A DNA stretch of 64,000 bases from Promethearchaeota archaeon. GTDB taxonomy: Archaea; Asgardarchaeota; Thorarchaeia; Thorarchaeales; Thorarchaeaceae. The position numbers and the translations under genes are program-made. Below, one piece after another: positions 54,941 through 64,000 of this stretch (its first letter is position 1; each line of letters starts with the position of its first letter). Location of the stretch: positions 31,831 through 95,830 of the forward strand of contig JBHLPF010000006.1 of the NCBI GenBank assembly GCA_048939765.1, given 5' to 3'. The notes beneath the pieces were generated by a model. That model worked only from the letters and a program-made list of their open reading frames with translations. It was not told the DNA's origin and did no database searches.

Positions 54941-56041
54941 CTAAGGTATACGAGTCGTGGAGGAGTGCACAAAATGTGCGAAGTCCTCATGTTCTAGAGT
55001 ATGCATCCATTGATGCCTACACCCACAGTCAAGTCCTTCAAAATGCGCAGGGCTCTGGTCCAGTGAGAATTGTCGGATAGATTTCACAAACGCGTCGTCA
55101 CACTTGCCGCAGTTATGAGTGCCTCTGGATTTTCCAGCAGCAACAGGGTCACAGACGATGTTCACAGCGGAGGACACCTGACCTCGTGATTGTCTGAGAA
55201 CCTCTGTGACGGTCCATAGCCACGGAGGTCTATATGCACCTCTGGACCACATCCGTTCCACGAGAGTATGCTTCTGGACATTTACAGGATTCACTGAAAC
55301 AGTTGTCGCTCCCATTCTCGCTGCGTCAATGATGGTTCTAGTTGAATCCAGCAAAGCATCACGTTCAGTAAGAAAAGGTGGTTTGATGAGCACATATGCT
55401 CGCGTGCCAATGCCATGGATTGCTGCAGTGTTTAGCGCAGTTTCGAACTCGCTTAGCGAGAAGCCCTTATTGATGCAGAGACACCTCACACCGTCATCGA
55501 CGCTCTCAAGTCCAATGCCCAGCTCTATCTCTTTGTCATCAATGATTTGCCGAACAAGGCCTGCGGCTTCGTCAGTCACATATTCCGGCCGCGACTCGAG
55601 AACAACCTGACGAATGCGCTCGTCTTCCGCGATTGCCCTCAGAATCCTAGATCTCGCCTCAAGTGGAACTTCCTCCGGATCCAAGAAGCTTCCACTTGTG
55701 TACACCTTGACTGAGATCGGGCTCCCAAGCCCCTCAAGCGATGCCATGGCATTCTGAAATTGCAGGACCAAATCTTCATTAGAAACCGTTTTGCTGGCGC
55801 CATCCAGGAGGTAGCTACACATGGTGCAGCCACCACTGTCACCACGAGCATGTGAACAACCTTGAGTGGCCAAGACAACGGATAAGGCGTGTCCCACGTC
55901 ACAGCCTATGCGGCTTTGGGATACCCATTTAGCGGCAGGTTCTGCCAAGGATTTCTTTCTGATTCTCGAGAGGGAGTGGCCACGAGCTCTCAAGGCGGCT
56001 TTTCTGATAATATCCTGGAGACCTACGGGTAGACTACTCAT
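54941..56041 (-). CDS. raSEA: archaeosine biosynthesis radical SAM protein RaSEA
   Basis: GC.H...GGCTMC, KVYTSGSFLD, ESRPEY, NPVNVQ, YRPPWLW, RGTHNCGKCD; adjacent to arcS. Confidence 0.92.
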   Translation of the reverse strand: MSSLPVGLQDIIRKAALRARGHSLSRIRKKSLAEPAAKWVSQSRIGCDVGHALSVVLATQGCSHARGDSGGCTMCSYLLDGASKTVSNEDLVLQFQNAMASLEGLGSPISVKVYTSGSFLDPEEVPLEARSRILRAIAEDERIRQVVLESRPEYVTDEAAGLVRQIIDDKEIELGIGLESVDDGVRCLCINKGFSLSEFETALNTAAIHGIGTRAYVLIKPPFLTERDALLDSTRTIIDAARMGATTVSVNPVNVQKHTLVERMWSRGAYRPPWLWTVTEVLRQSRGQVSSAVNIVCDPVAAGKSRGTHNCGKCDDAFVKSIRQFSLDQSPAHFEGLDCGCRHQWMHTLEHEDFAHFVHSSTTRIP

Positions 56042-57987
56042 CTTTCTGTCACTCCCAACTTATGACGAACTGTCACAGCCCTTCCCTTTTCAAACTCGCA
56101 CATCTCTTTTCCAGACATCTCACTTCGCCCGACTGCCACCACGTTATCACTCTTGTCGATCACAATGACTTCATCGCCGGGGCGAATATCAGGGTCTGCC
56201 TCTCTCACTCCAACTGCGAAAATCGACCCACCTTTGACCTCCTTGCCCTCAAAACGAACCCAGCCTTGTCGCGAATTTACGATTCTTCGGGCGCCTGCAA
56301 GAGTCAAGGACAACATTCCAGATGAGGCATTGTATGCACATACCTGTTCCTTGTCAACTTGACAGATGACTGTTCTATACAGCTTCCCCCTTAGACCTGC
56401 ATCCTTTGGAATGAGCAGCTCACCTGCACCCAAACCAAACTGAAAGTCAGCAGTGGCGCGAAGTGTGTCTTCCAAATCCGTTCGCCGATATTCACCACTT
56501 AAAACGAGCTCACTCATATCTCTCAGAGTTTCATCAAGCAGGTCGAGCGAGGCGCCACTTGTGGCTTTTGCTTCAGAAGATGTGTAAATCAGAGCCTGTT
56601 TGAGCCGTTCTTCAGCATTTTTCACAATGCCTAGATATCCTCCGGAAACATGTGCCACAACAACCGTAGACTCATCGAACTTCTCCATATGAGTTATGAG
56701 AGCCTGCACGGCAATCTCGGTTTCCTCTGCATCCCAGTCGCCGGTCACAGGAATATCATAGTGCGCCACTGGATGAATTCGTTCCAACTCTCGAGGAATT
56801 ACTCCCAAGGGTGATGTCAGAATCGTTTCGGCTATTCCAAACCTAGCAGGTCCGATTGCGGCTTCGATTGTTCTGGCAAAGCGCTTGTGTGATTTTGAGT
56901 CTGAGTATGGCTTTCTCGCGGAACAGGGCAAGAGCAAGACTAGCCTCTTATGAGCAGGAGGCTTGAAACGAGAAGCCACCTTCTGGCGAAAGCGCCTAAT
57001 TGCTGGCGCATTATATGATTCAGGTCCTATGAGAGGCATCGGAGATTTTCCTACAGTGGGAGTGAACTCCTCCAGGAAGGGATACAACTCCGCATCGACT
57101 CTTCTGAGAAGAGAGGCCATTGAGGGGGAAGAATGGGTAAATGATTCAACCAACGACCGCAATTGCCCTGACCGCATTGCATGGATGCTCTCGGAGAGAA
57201 TCATCTGAAATATAGAGAGATTGTGCTTTGTCAGAGTTTCAAATAGCGAAGAAATGTCCAAGCTCGTTATATCTGAATGATGGGCGCAAGCAACACACGC
57301 GCAGTGTCTTGCGCGATCATCATTGACCACCTGCTCTGAATCCATGCGCCACAGTCGAATCCCTTGCGCTGCTGCTTCAAAAGCGCGACTAGTGTCAATG
57401 ACATCAAATCCCAAGTAATGCATTAAGGGTACTGAGCAAGGCTCAATTCGGCCAATTGCCAGTGTGAGCCAATTTCGAGGAATCTGACTGCGCAGAATGA
57501 GCATTTTGAGGGCATTTGGACCCAAGTTTCCTGTGAAGCGGAAAGCTGCGGCTCTTGCCCCTAGACGGCCTAATTGTTTCAGGCTCTGTAGATAGAACTC
57601 CATATCGAGTGATATTGGTACACGTATAATGGCACGTGATGGCGGAATATGTTGATTCTCAAGAAAGGACACCTGTTGATGCATGAGCAACTTTCCTGCT
57701 TCTGAGTCGAGGATTTCGTCCGCTATCATCGAGGGAAGCAACACTGACTCATATTCGTGTAGTTCATCCATCTCAATGCCCTTGACACCCGGAAGTGACA
57801 CAATCATAGGGGAGTCTTTCACAGGTTCAGATCGGCCGTAGGTTCGGTATCTTAGTGTGAGAGACTCTGAGTGGGCAGGTCCAATGAGCGTAGGTGTGTT
57901 AATTGCATTCTCACCCATGATATAATTGCCAGCTCTAGCAGGTCCGTCATGGCCTCTGGCAATTAGGAACTCGGGTATTTCATTCAC
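56038..57987 (-). CDS. arcS: archaeosine synthase subunit alpha (TGT-like plus DUF5591 plus PUA)
   Basis: HDGPARAG, LLPCSARKPYS.S.SH, TSPLGVIPRELE, YDIPVTGDW, C-terminal PUA domain. Confidence 0.92.
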   Translation of the reverse strand: MNEIPEFLIARGHDGPARAGNYIMGENAINTPTLIGPAHSESLTLRYRTYGRSEPVKDSPMIVSLPGVKGIEMDELHEYESVLLPSMIADEILDSEAGKLLMHQQVSFLENQHIPPSRAIIRVPISLDMEFYLQSLKQLGRLGARAAAFRFTGNLGPNALKMLILRSQIPRNWLTLAIGRIEPCSVPLMHYLGFDVIDTSRAFEAAAQGIRLWRMDSEQVVNDDRARHCACVACAHHSDITSLDISSLFETLTKHNLSIFQMILSESIHAMRSGQLRSLVESFTHSSPSMASLLRRVDAELYPFLEEFTPTVGKSPMPLIGPESYNAPAIRRFRQKVASRFKPPAHKRLVLLLPCSARKPYSDSKSHKRFARTIEAAIGPARFGIAETILTSPLGVIPRELERIHPVAHYDIPVTGDWDAEETEIAVQALITHMEKFDESTVVVAHVSGGYLGIVKNAEERLKQALIYTSSEAKATSGASLDLLDETLRDMSELVLSGEYRRTDLEDTLRATADFQFGLGAGELLIPKDAGLRGKLYRTVICQVDKEQVCAYNASSGMLSLTLAGARRIVNSRQGWVRFEGKEVKGGSIFAVGVREADPDIRPGDEVIVIDKSDNVVAVGRSEMSGKEMCEFEKGRAVTVRHKLGVTER

Positions 57988-57995
57988 CTCGCTTT

Positions 57996-60653
57996 CTATA
58001 CCAGCGGTTCATATCCCGCATAACCCTCTGTGTCAACTTCTGTCTTGGCATTTGCAAGAATGAGGTTCACACTCTCCAAGGCGCCGAGCTTAAAGAGGGG
58101 TCGGTTGTTATTTCCGCACTGATAGGAATAGGTGCAGAGAGGGCATCCATCAATTGTCTTGCAGTCACATTTCTCAAGTATTGTCTTGGTACGTTTGAAT
58201 GCTTCATTTAGCCGACTGAATAGAAGCTTTGATGCACCATTTCCTCCTGGACTTCCATCATAGACAAATATGATACCAGAATCACCCATGGATACGCCGC
58301 CAATCTCTCTTGTGCTTCCTCCTGTGAGCATGTCGCTAGACTCAATCACCACATGTTCTAGTGCATGGAAAGATCCGCCATAGAGTTCGGCGGGACCCAT
58401 CCTTATTCCTTTGGCACCTGGGAGTTTACCCTCGAGATACTCATTGACCATCTTCACAGGCTCAGGCGCCCCGAACGCAAATCCTCTGGTTGTGTAGTTG
58501 TAGGTGAGTGGAGTGGCAAGATCAGATCTTCCAACAACCTTTCCGGACCGCGTTTCCTTTTTCACATATCCATAGACCGTCTGAGTCATCTCGAGTTTGC
58601 AGTAGATGACGTTCATTCCAAGAATTCTCTTGGCCTCTACAATTTCCAAGATCTTAGGCATTGTCGAGTAGAGCGGCTTTGTGTGGACGCTTCGGTCTGC
58701 AAAGGGGACAACAGTGGCTCTTCCAAATCCTGGAGTATGCTTGAAGTCCACTGACATATAGTTGCGACCGCCGTGTAGGTATATTGCCCCGGGATGCAAT
58801 TCCTGTGCAGCCATCGGCATTGACCTCTCACCCAGATTCTTCCTATCCGACTTAATCTGGACAGTATCACCGATGCCTCGAATGCTATAACCTCTCCATT
58901 TCTTCTGTGCAGACTCAAAATCAGCAATACGAACATTGCCGCCATCCTCAATCCTCACAAGACCCTCCGCTGCCAAAGTGTCAAAGATTCTCTTCTGGCG
59001 GGGAAACATCGTAAGATTCAGCTTGCCGCTCATAGCCGCAGCGATGAGTTGGTAGAAGCCAACCACTTCATTCTCGGGCTCCATATAGGCAGCATCAATA
59101 TCTGTGAAGTATTTCTCAGGTTCATGCCGGTAGAAGGATGAGATTGGATCATTCTCTCTAAGGGCAAGAACTGCCACACTCTCTTGTCCTTTTCTGCCTG
59201 CGCGCCCAATTCTTTGAGTCAGACGCGTTATTGACACTATCATACTCACGACACTATCTAGGTCTCCAATGTCTATCCCTAGCTCGAGTGTTGGCGTTGA
59301 AACTAGGCAATGTAAGTCACCTGATTTGAATTGAGATTCCACTTGGCTGCGGTACTTCTTGGTGAGGCCTGCTCTATGGACCATGGACCGCACTCCTACA
59401 TCTCTGATAAGCATGTTTAGGACTTCTGCCTCCGAGTGAGTGTTCCCGAATACAAGAGTCTTGAAGCCACCTTCTTGTAGTCTTCTCACGATGTCCACAA
59501 TCATGCTGTATTTGCTCCGATTGCCTGGGTAGAACATCGTGAAGTGAATTGGGCCGCGCTTTGCGCTCACAGACTCGATTAGTCGGACTTCGCTATCGAA
59601 TAGCTGGTCAGCGAACTCCTTGGGGTTAGAGATCGTAGCAGAGGCTCCAATCTTCTGGAACTCACCAGCTTCAAGCTCAAGGCGCTTAAGGATGTAGTAA
59701 ACATTGGCGCCCATTGACCCTGTGTATAGGTGAATCTCGTCCAAGACCACATATTTCACTGTATGCAGTAACGGGACCAACCGTGAGCCAGCCCATCCAA
59801 GATGATAGTGAAGAACATCAGGATTTGTGAGAAGGATATCAGGGGGAGCTGAGTAGAGCTTGTTTCTTTTGCTCTGCGATACATCACCATCAAAGATACC
59901 TGCGGTAACTCCGGATGCCTTGCACATCTCGACTATCTTGTCATACTGGTCACGAGCTAAAGCCTTGGTGGGATAGATTAGTAGCGCTCTGACACCTCTG
60001 TCCATAAAAGAGTCCTTGATTGTTATCAACAGTTTCCGAATGATAGGTAGAATGAATGCCTCTGTCTTACCTTGTGCTGTTGGCGCTGCAATGACGACGT
60101 CCTCTCCGGCAAAGATGGCATCATGGGATTGCTCCTGAAATCTGTACAGCTGCGTTATTCCCTTCTTAGCTAGTAGCTCTCTCAATCTCGTTGGTATCTT
60201 TGCGGCTTCAAGGACTCGGCCATATTCGGTGTCAGAGGACGGCATGAACTGGTACTTCACAAGATAATCTTGACCCGCACCAAGAATTGATTGGATAGAA
60301 TCTGCCATCATATCCAATTGACCTCCACCCTCTTCCACTAATCGTGCAATCTCCTCTTCAGATTGAACCCGCATTCCTCTTGTGCGTCTTGGTCCAGTCA
60401 AACCTGCAGACGAGTCTGCTAAAGAAGAGGCTCTGGACCGCGTCCTCGACTTGGTCCTAGAGGCTGGTTGGATTGTGCCATCCTTCAGGGCTTTAGAATA
60501 GGCATCATAGGCATCAAAGAGGTCCTTTCTCTGACCATCCTCCAGAATCTCAACCTGACACGTAGAACATCTCACAGTCCATATGTGGCCGCCCTTCTTG
60601 ATATAGAGCTTTGAGCCACATTTCGGGCAGTGAAGTACAGGCAAGATGACCAC
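57996..60653 (-). CDS. DEAH-box helicase, Hrq1/YprA(SftH) family with DUF1998 Zn domain and N-terminal Zn ribbon
   Basis: APTAQGKT, YPTKALARDQ, DEIH, SAT, STPTLELGIDIG, QRIGRAGR, YDGSPGGNG, C.C...GCP.C. Confidence 0.92.
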   Translation of the reverse strand: MVILPVLHCPKCGSKLYIKKGGHIWTVRCSTCQVEILEDGQRKDLFDAYDAYSKALKDGTIQPASRTKSRTRSRASSLADSSAGLTGPRRTRGMRVQSEEEIARLVEEGGGQLDMMADSIQSILGAGQDYLVKYQFMPSSDTEYGRVLEAAKIPTRLRELLAKKGITQLYRFQEQSHDAIFAGEDVVIAAPTAQGKTEAFILPIIRKLLITIKDSFMDRGVRALLIYPTKALARDQYDKIVEMCKASGVTAGIFDGDVSQSKRNKLYSAPPDILLTNPDVLHYHLGWAGSRLVPLLHTVKYVVLDEIHLYTGSMGANVYYILKRLELEAGEFQKIGASATISNPKEFADQLFDSEVRLIESVSAKRGPIHFTMFYPGNRSKYSMIVDIVRRLQEGGFKTLVFGNTHSEAEVLNMLIRDVGVRSMVHRAGLTKKYRSQVESQFKSGDLHCLVSTPTLELGIDIGDLDSVVSMIVSITRLTQRIGRAGRKGQESVAVLALRENDPISSFYRHEPEKYFTDIDAAYMEPENEVVGFYQLIAAAMSGKLNLTMFPRQKRIFDTLAAEGLVRIEDGGNVRIADFESAQKKWRGYSIRGIGDTVQIKSDRKNLGERSMPMAAQELHPGAIYLHGGRNYMSVDFKHTPGFGRATVVPFADRSVHTKPLYSTMPKILEIVEAKRILGMNVIYCKLEMTQTVYGYVKKETRSGKVVGRSDLATPLTYNYTTRGFAFGAPEPVKMVNEYLEGKLPGAKGIRMGPAELYGGSFHALEHVVIESSDMLTGGSTREIGGVSMGDSGIIFVYDGSPGGNGASKLLFSRLNEAFKRTKTILEKCDCKTIDGCPLCTYSYQCGNNNRPLFKLGALESVNLILANAKTEVDTEGYAGYEPLV

Positions 60654-60786
60654 CGTTCCTGCGACTTCACTTAGCTGGACTTATCAAAGTTTGGCAGGAC
60701 GAGGCCTTTTGGACACACAACAAGACTTTTAACCGGTTGTTCACACCGAACGCACAATCGACCCGTTTGTGGGAGATGACAGTTAC

Positions 60787-61143
60787 ATGGTTGAAGAGAT
60801 AACTCAAGACGAACTTGACAAGGTTGTGGGCGACTATAAGGTCGTTTTTCTAGACTGCCACGCAGTCTGGTGCGGTCCTTGCAGGACACTTTCGCCAATT
60901 CTTGCAGAACTAGATGAGAAGTATTCGGACAAAGGGTTCAAGGTTGTCAAGCTGGATGTGGATCAGAACAGAGAGTTCAGTATGACTAATCGTGTCACAG
61001 GCGTTCCAAGCGTATTCGTCTACAGTGAGGGCAAGCGTGTCGTTTTTGATGATGGTGGAGGCAGGAAAGTCGATAGGCTTGTGGGAGTCATGCCGCCCGA
61101 AGTGTACACGCAGATTGTAGAAGAATTGCTTGCTGAAGCATAA
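60787..61143 (+). CDS. thioredoxin
   Basis: WCGPC, KLDVDQN, GVP. Confidence 0.92.
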   Translation: MVEEITQDELDKVVGDYKVVFLDCHAVWCGPCRTLSPILAELDEKYSDKGFKVVKLDVDQNREFSMTNRVTGVPSVFVYSEGKRVVFDDGGGRKVDRLVGVMPPEVYTQIVEELLAEA

Positions 61144-61243
61144 GAAAGCCACACTCCCGGCTCGGTCCAATGGGATCTGCCGGGCAACTTCTTCTATTTC
61201 TCCTAAGCATGCTCCAGAAAGTTCATAGGGATTTCACTGACTG

Positions 61244-61633
61244 ATGGCACTGCGTGGAGAGATGCTGTTGCTTCGCGAAGTAACCTTCGATGACATTGAA
61301 TATACTATAGATGAAGCGCGGCTTACATTCGTCGACTGTTGGGCCCCGTGGTGCGAACCGTGTAAAGCGCTTGTACCCACATTGATTGAGCTTGATGAGA
61401 AGTACAGCGATAATCCTGAGGTCTTATTCATCCAGATAAATGTCCAAGAGTTTCCAGAGTTTGGTGCGAAGCATGACGTCTTTGGACTACCTTGCATCTT
61501 GGTATTTCTTGATGGAGAGCCAGTAGAATTCGATGATCCAAGTGGCAAGCTCAAGAAGAAGACAAATAGATTGATTGGCAAAAGGCCAGCCTGGCATTTT
61601 GAATCGGTAATCCACCAAATCCTCCCACAGTGA
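61244..61633 (+). CDS. thioredoxin paralog
   Basis: WAPWCEPC, INVQE, GLP. Confidence 0.88.
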   Translation: MALRGEMLLLREVTFDDIEYTIDEARLTFVDCWAPWCEPCKALVPTLIELDEKYSDNPEVLFIQINVQEFPEFGAKHDVFGLPCILVFLDGEPVEFDDPSGKLKKKTNRLIGKRPAWHFESVIHQILPQ

Positions 61634-61706
61634 ATCGAACAACCCAACGTCATGTGATGTTTTATATTCGTCTAATCATCAGCCATCTAGAGCACAGTCT
61701 GGCGAG

Positions 61707-62240
61707 GTGGAAACGTTGCCTATTCTTCCATTTGCTGATAAGAACCCCAAAATTGACGCTAATGCATATGTCAGTGAACAAGCCACGATAGTTGGCGATG
61801 TTGAGATTGGCCCTGGTGTCAGTATATGGCCAGGAGCTGTGATAAGAGGCGATCAAGCTTCGGTGCGAATCGGAGCGAATACTTGTATTCAGGATAGTGT
61901 TGTTATTCATGCACATACCGAAGATAACCCTACGATTGTCGGGAATCTCAGTATTATTGGCAGCGCATCCGTAATTCATGGCGTATATATCGGAGATAGC
62001 GCAAACGTGGGGGATGGCTGTGTCATTTTCGATGGGGCAACGCTAGGGGAAGGAATTAGACTTGCACCTGGGAGTATTGTTCCTGCAAACATAGTGATTC
62101 CTCCAAGGAGCCTGAATTCAGGTGTACCAGCATCTCAGATACGGGAACTCTCTCGGGAAGAAGTGGAAAAGCAGTCTGAAAGAGCAGAAACAATCTCACA
62201 AGTCTTCAAGAAGCTGAAGAGATGGCAAATCGCACCATAA
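61707..62240 (+). CDS. gamma-carbonic-anhydrase-like hexapeptide-repeat protein
   Basis: PKID..AYV, IVGDVEIG, VIRGD, IQDSVVIH, VIHG, GVPA..IRELS. Confidence 0.88.
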   Translation: METLPILPFADKNPKIDANAYVSEQATIVGDVEIGPGVSIWPGAVIRGDQASVRIGANTCIQDSVVIHAHTEDNPTIVGNLSIIGSASVIHGVYIGDSANVGDGCVIFDGATLGEGIRLAPGSIVPANIVIPPRSLNSGVPASQIRELSREEVEKQSERAETISQVFKKLKRWQIAP

Positions 62241-63392
62241 CTACATGGTTTCTCTTGAAATAGTTGACAGATTCTCATAGCCATCAGAAGTGATAAGAAA
62301 CATATCGCCTATTTTTGCGGCTCCCACACCTTCGTGATAATATGTGGGATGCAGGGATAGAACCATTCCCTCTCTTAGCGATGCCTTACTTAATGAAACC
62401 ATGAGAGGCGGCTCCTGAAGATCAAGACCTATTGAGTTCCCTATAGGCTGCAGAAAGCAACCGATTGGAGTCTTCTTCCCCACTTTCTTGGCCACTCTTC
62501 CATAGACATCTGACACTCCAGCTCCAGCTGCCATTTTGTCTTCAGCAGCTTTGCAGGCTCGCAAAACTGCATCATACGCTTTTTGCTGAGATTCCCTTGG
62601 CAATCCAGTGTGCAATGTTCTCGCAACTTCAGCAAAGTATCCTGATTCGCTGACTGTAACATCAATAACCACTGTTTCGTCCTTCCCAATCCGGTTGGCA
62701 GTTGGTTGTGCGAAAGGAAATCTTCCGCGGGTTCCAGATAGCACTGCAGCTCTGATGCCTCGTAGTTGACCACCAGCAGCCCTCATCGCCGCCTCAATTT
62801 CAATTGATGCATCAGCTTCTGTCTTACCTGGAGCAATTATCTCGAGGGCTGTTCGAATTCCAATCTCAGCTACCTTGACCGCCTTACGAATTGCTTCAAT
62901 CTCTGCATCATCTTTGACCTGCCTGAGCCTCCAGAGGAGTGATGATAAATCCTTGAAGCCAGCACCTGGAATCCTTGTCTTGAGATATTCGAACTCCTTT
63001 ACTGAGAGACGTTCTTGCTGTAGACCTATCATACCGTTCTCGATTCCAGAATCCTCAAGAATCGTGACAACGGAGTCCCAGAACTTAGCACTTCGATAGA
63101 AACCCCACTCATCAAAGGGCCTGTCATCGACGGGATGGACTTGAGCCATTATGGAATTTTGACCTAGTGCCTCATGCTGCAGGCTAGACATCACCAGCTG
63201 AGGCTGCTGATTCATTCTAATGACGCATCCCGTTGGCAGAGTGTTGGTAGGACTCTCATAACCGGTTAGATATCGAACATCTTGCCTTCTTGTCACTACA
63301 AGAGCTTCTACATCTTCGCTCTTCATGGCTCTATGAATTCGTTCGATTCTCTGGGGGGTGAACTGCATTACACGCAACTCAACTACAATCAC
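62241..63392 (-). CDS. M24 (aminopeptidase P/creatinase fold) protein with degenerate metal site
   Basis: Creatinase-N domain (VRYLTG), LRQVKD..EI, IDV...GYFAEVART, IGNSIGLDLQEPP, LSLHP, KIGD. Confidence 0.85.
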   Translation of the reverse strand: MIVVELRVMQFTPQRIERIHRAMKSEDVEALVVTRRQDVRYLTGYESPTNTLPTGCVIRMNQQPQLVMSSLQHEALGQNSIMAQVHPVDDRPFDEWGFYRSAKFWDSVVTILEDSGIENGMIGLQQERLSVKEFEYLKTRIPGAGFKDLSSLLWRLRQVKDDAEIEAIRKAVKVAEIGIRTALEIIAPGKTEADASIEIEAAMRAAGGQLRGIRAAVLSGTRGRFPFAQPTANRIGKDETVVIDVTVSESGYFAEVARTLHTGLPRESQQKAYDAVLRACKAAEDKMAAGAGVSDVYGRVAKKVGKKTPIGCFLQPIGNSIGLDLQEPPLMVSLSKASLREGMVLSLHPTYYHEGVGAAKIGDMFLITSDGYENLSTISRETM

Positions 63393-63478
63393 TGTCTCTT
63401 CAGAACAAGACTAGTGTATTTGTCGAATTTCACGCTCATTTAAGCTTCACGCCGATGATGAATCTTTTGGAAAATTAA

Positions 63479-63556
63479 TGGCGGGACCGCCCGGATTCGA
63501 ACCGGGGATTACCAACTCCGCAGGCTGGTGCCTTATCCAGGCTAGACTACGGCCCC
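63479..63556 (-). tRNA. tRNA-Arg(GCG)
   Basis: GGGGCCG...CCAGC-CT-GCG-GA-GTTGG...GGTTCGAATCC...CGGTCCC-G-CCA. Confidence 0.95.
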
Positions 63557-63609
63557 GTTCACCGAGGGGCCTTGTTCAACTTATAGAGTCTTCGCTGGAG
63601 GCCTGGGAT

Positions 63610-63813
63610 TCAAACATTGAAATGAACAGTTTCTATGACTGCACGACCCTTCTTCTTTGTTACTCTGAATGTATGCTGGGAAGTCTGAAGGATGAAACTC
63701 TCACCCTCATCCAAAGTCTCAAGAACTGTTCGGCCCATCGGACCATTGAGATATCTAGTGAAGCGTTCAACCAATCTATCAGAAGGGGAACGTGCGCCCT
63801 TTAAAATGCTCAT
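63610..63813 (-). CDS. small hypothetical protein between the two tRNA-Arg genes
   Basis: 67-aa ORF (MSILKG...ETVHFNV) with a plausible helix-helix-3-strand composition. Confidence 0.5.
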   Translation of the reverse strand: MSILKGARSPSDRLVERFTRYLNGPMGRTVLETLDEGESFILQTSQHTFRVTKKKGRAVIETVHFNV

Positions 63814-63891
63814 TGATTGCGACCTCGCGTCAGACAAATGTGCCCCAGTGGGGCATTTAAACTCCAATCGATTTCAACCAAGAAATAGTAG

Positions 63892-63969
63892 TGGCGGGAC
63901 CGCCCGGATTCGAACCGGGGATTACCAACTCCGGAGGCTGGTGCCTTATCCAGGCTAGACTACGGCCCC
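63892..63969 (-). tRNA. tRNA-Arg(CCG)
   Basis: Identical to 63479-63556 except at anticodon position 34 (CCG). Confidence 0.95.
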
Positions 63970-64000
63970 AAGACTCCTCATAGATTCCTCTTTTTAGATT

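Noticed and set aside
60787-61633. Possible selenocysteine thioredoxins
   Set aside because: Both CxxC motifs use TGC/TGT codons, with no in-frame TGA.
63478-63804. 108-aa ORF MAGPPGFEPG... (and 63692-63958)
   Set aside because: Antisense translations of the tRNA-Arg genes and the small minus-strand ORF.
63479-63969. Integrated mobile element bounded by att repeats
   Set aside because: Both repeats are complete tRNAs with different anticodons, the spacer is only about 335 bp, and there is no integrase.
1-64000. CRISPR arrays, rRNA, transposases, ubiquitin-system genes
   Set aside because: No regularly spaced repeats, long non-coding GC-rich blocks or corresponding protein motifs were found; intergenic gaps are all short (under about 400 bp).

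Overview
Gene-dense archaeal chromosome segment, roughly 45-50% GC by eye, almost certainly from an Asgard archaeon. Thorarchaeia is my best guess; that is inference from gene content, not a phylogeny. Housekeeping genes include tfb, argS, aspS, a PolB1-type DNA polymerase, the nurA-herA-mre11-rad50 operon, arcS/raSEA, a DGGGP synthase, mfnA, tldD/tldE, hypB, an Hrq1/YprA helicase and three tRNAs (His-GTG, Arg-GCG, Arg-CCG). The window also carries several eukaryotic-signature membrane-trafficking genes. The most striking is a five-gene ESCRT locus (20.1-25.2 kb) with no ubiquitin, E1/E2 or UEV gene, in which ESCRT-I/II modules appear reshuffled. One gene fuses a Vps28 N-terminal hairpin directly to an EAP30 (Vps22/36) winged-helix region. 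Another combines a B-box zinc finger, a coiled coil, a PH/GRAM(GLUE)-like domain and a Vps23-type steadiness box. They flank ESCRT-III, Vps4 and Vps25. Other notable items are a cytoplasmic mu-adaptin/delta-COP-like (MHD) multi-beta-sandwich protein behind a catalytically dead metallo-beta-lactamase, a longin protein, a Zn-ribbon-Yip1 protein, an IFT52/GIFT-domain coiled-coil protein, an Spt16N-like dead aminopeptidase, and two tRNA-Arg genes differing by one base. No CRISPR array, integrase, transposase or rRNA was seen. All family calls come from motif recognition by eye; no searches were run.
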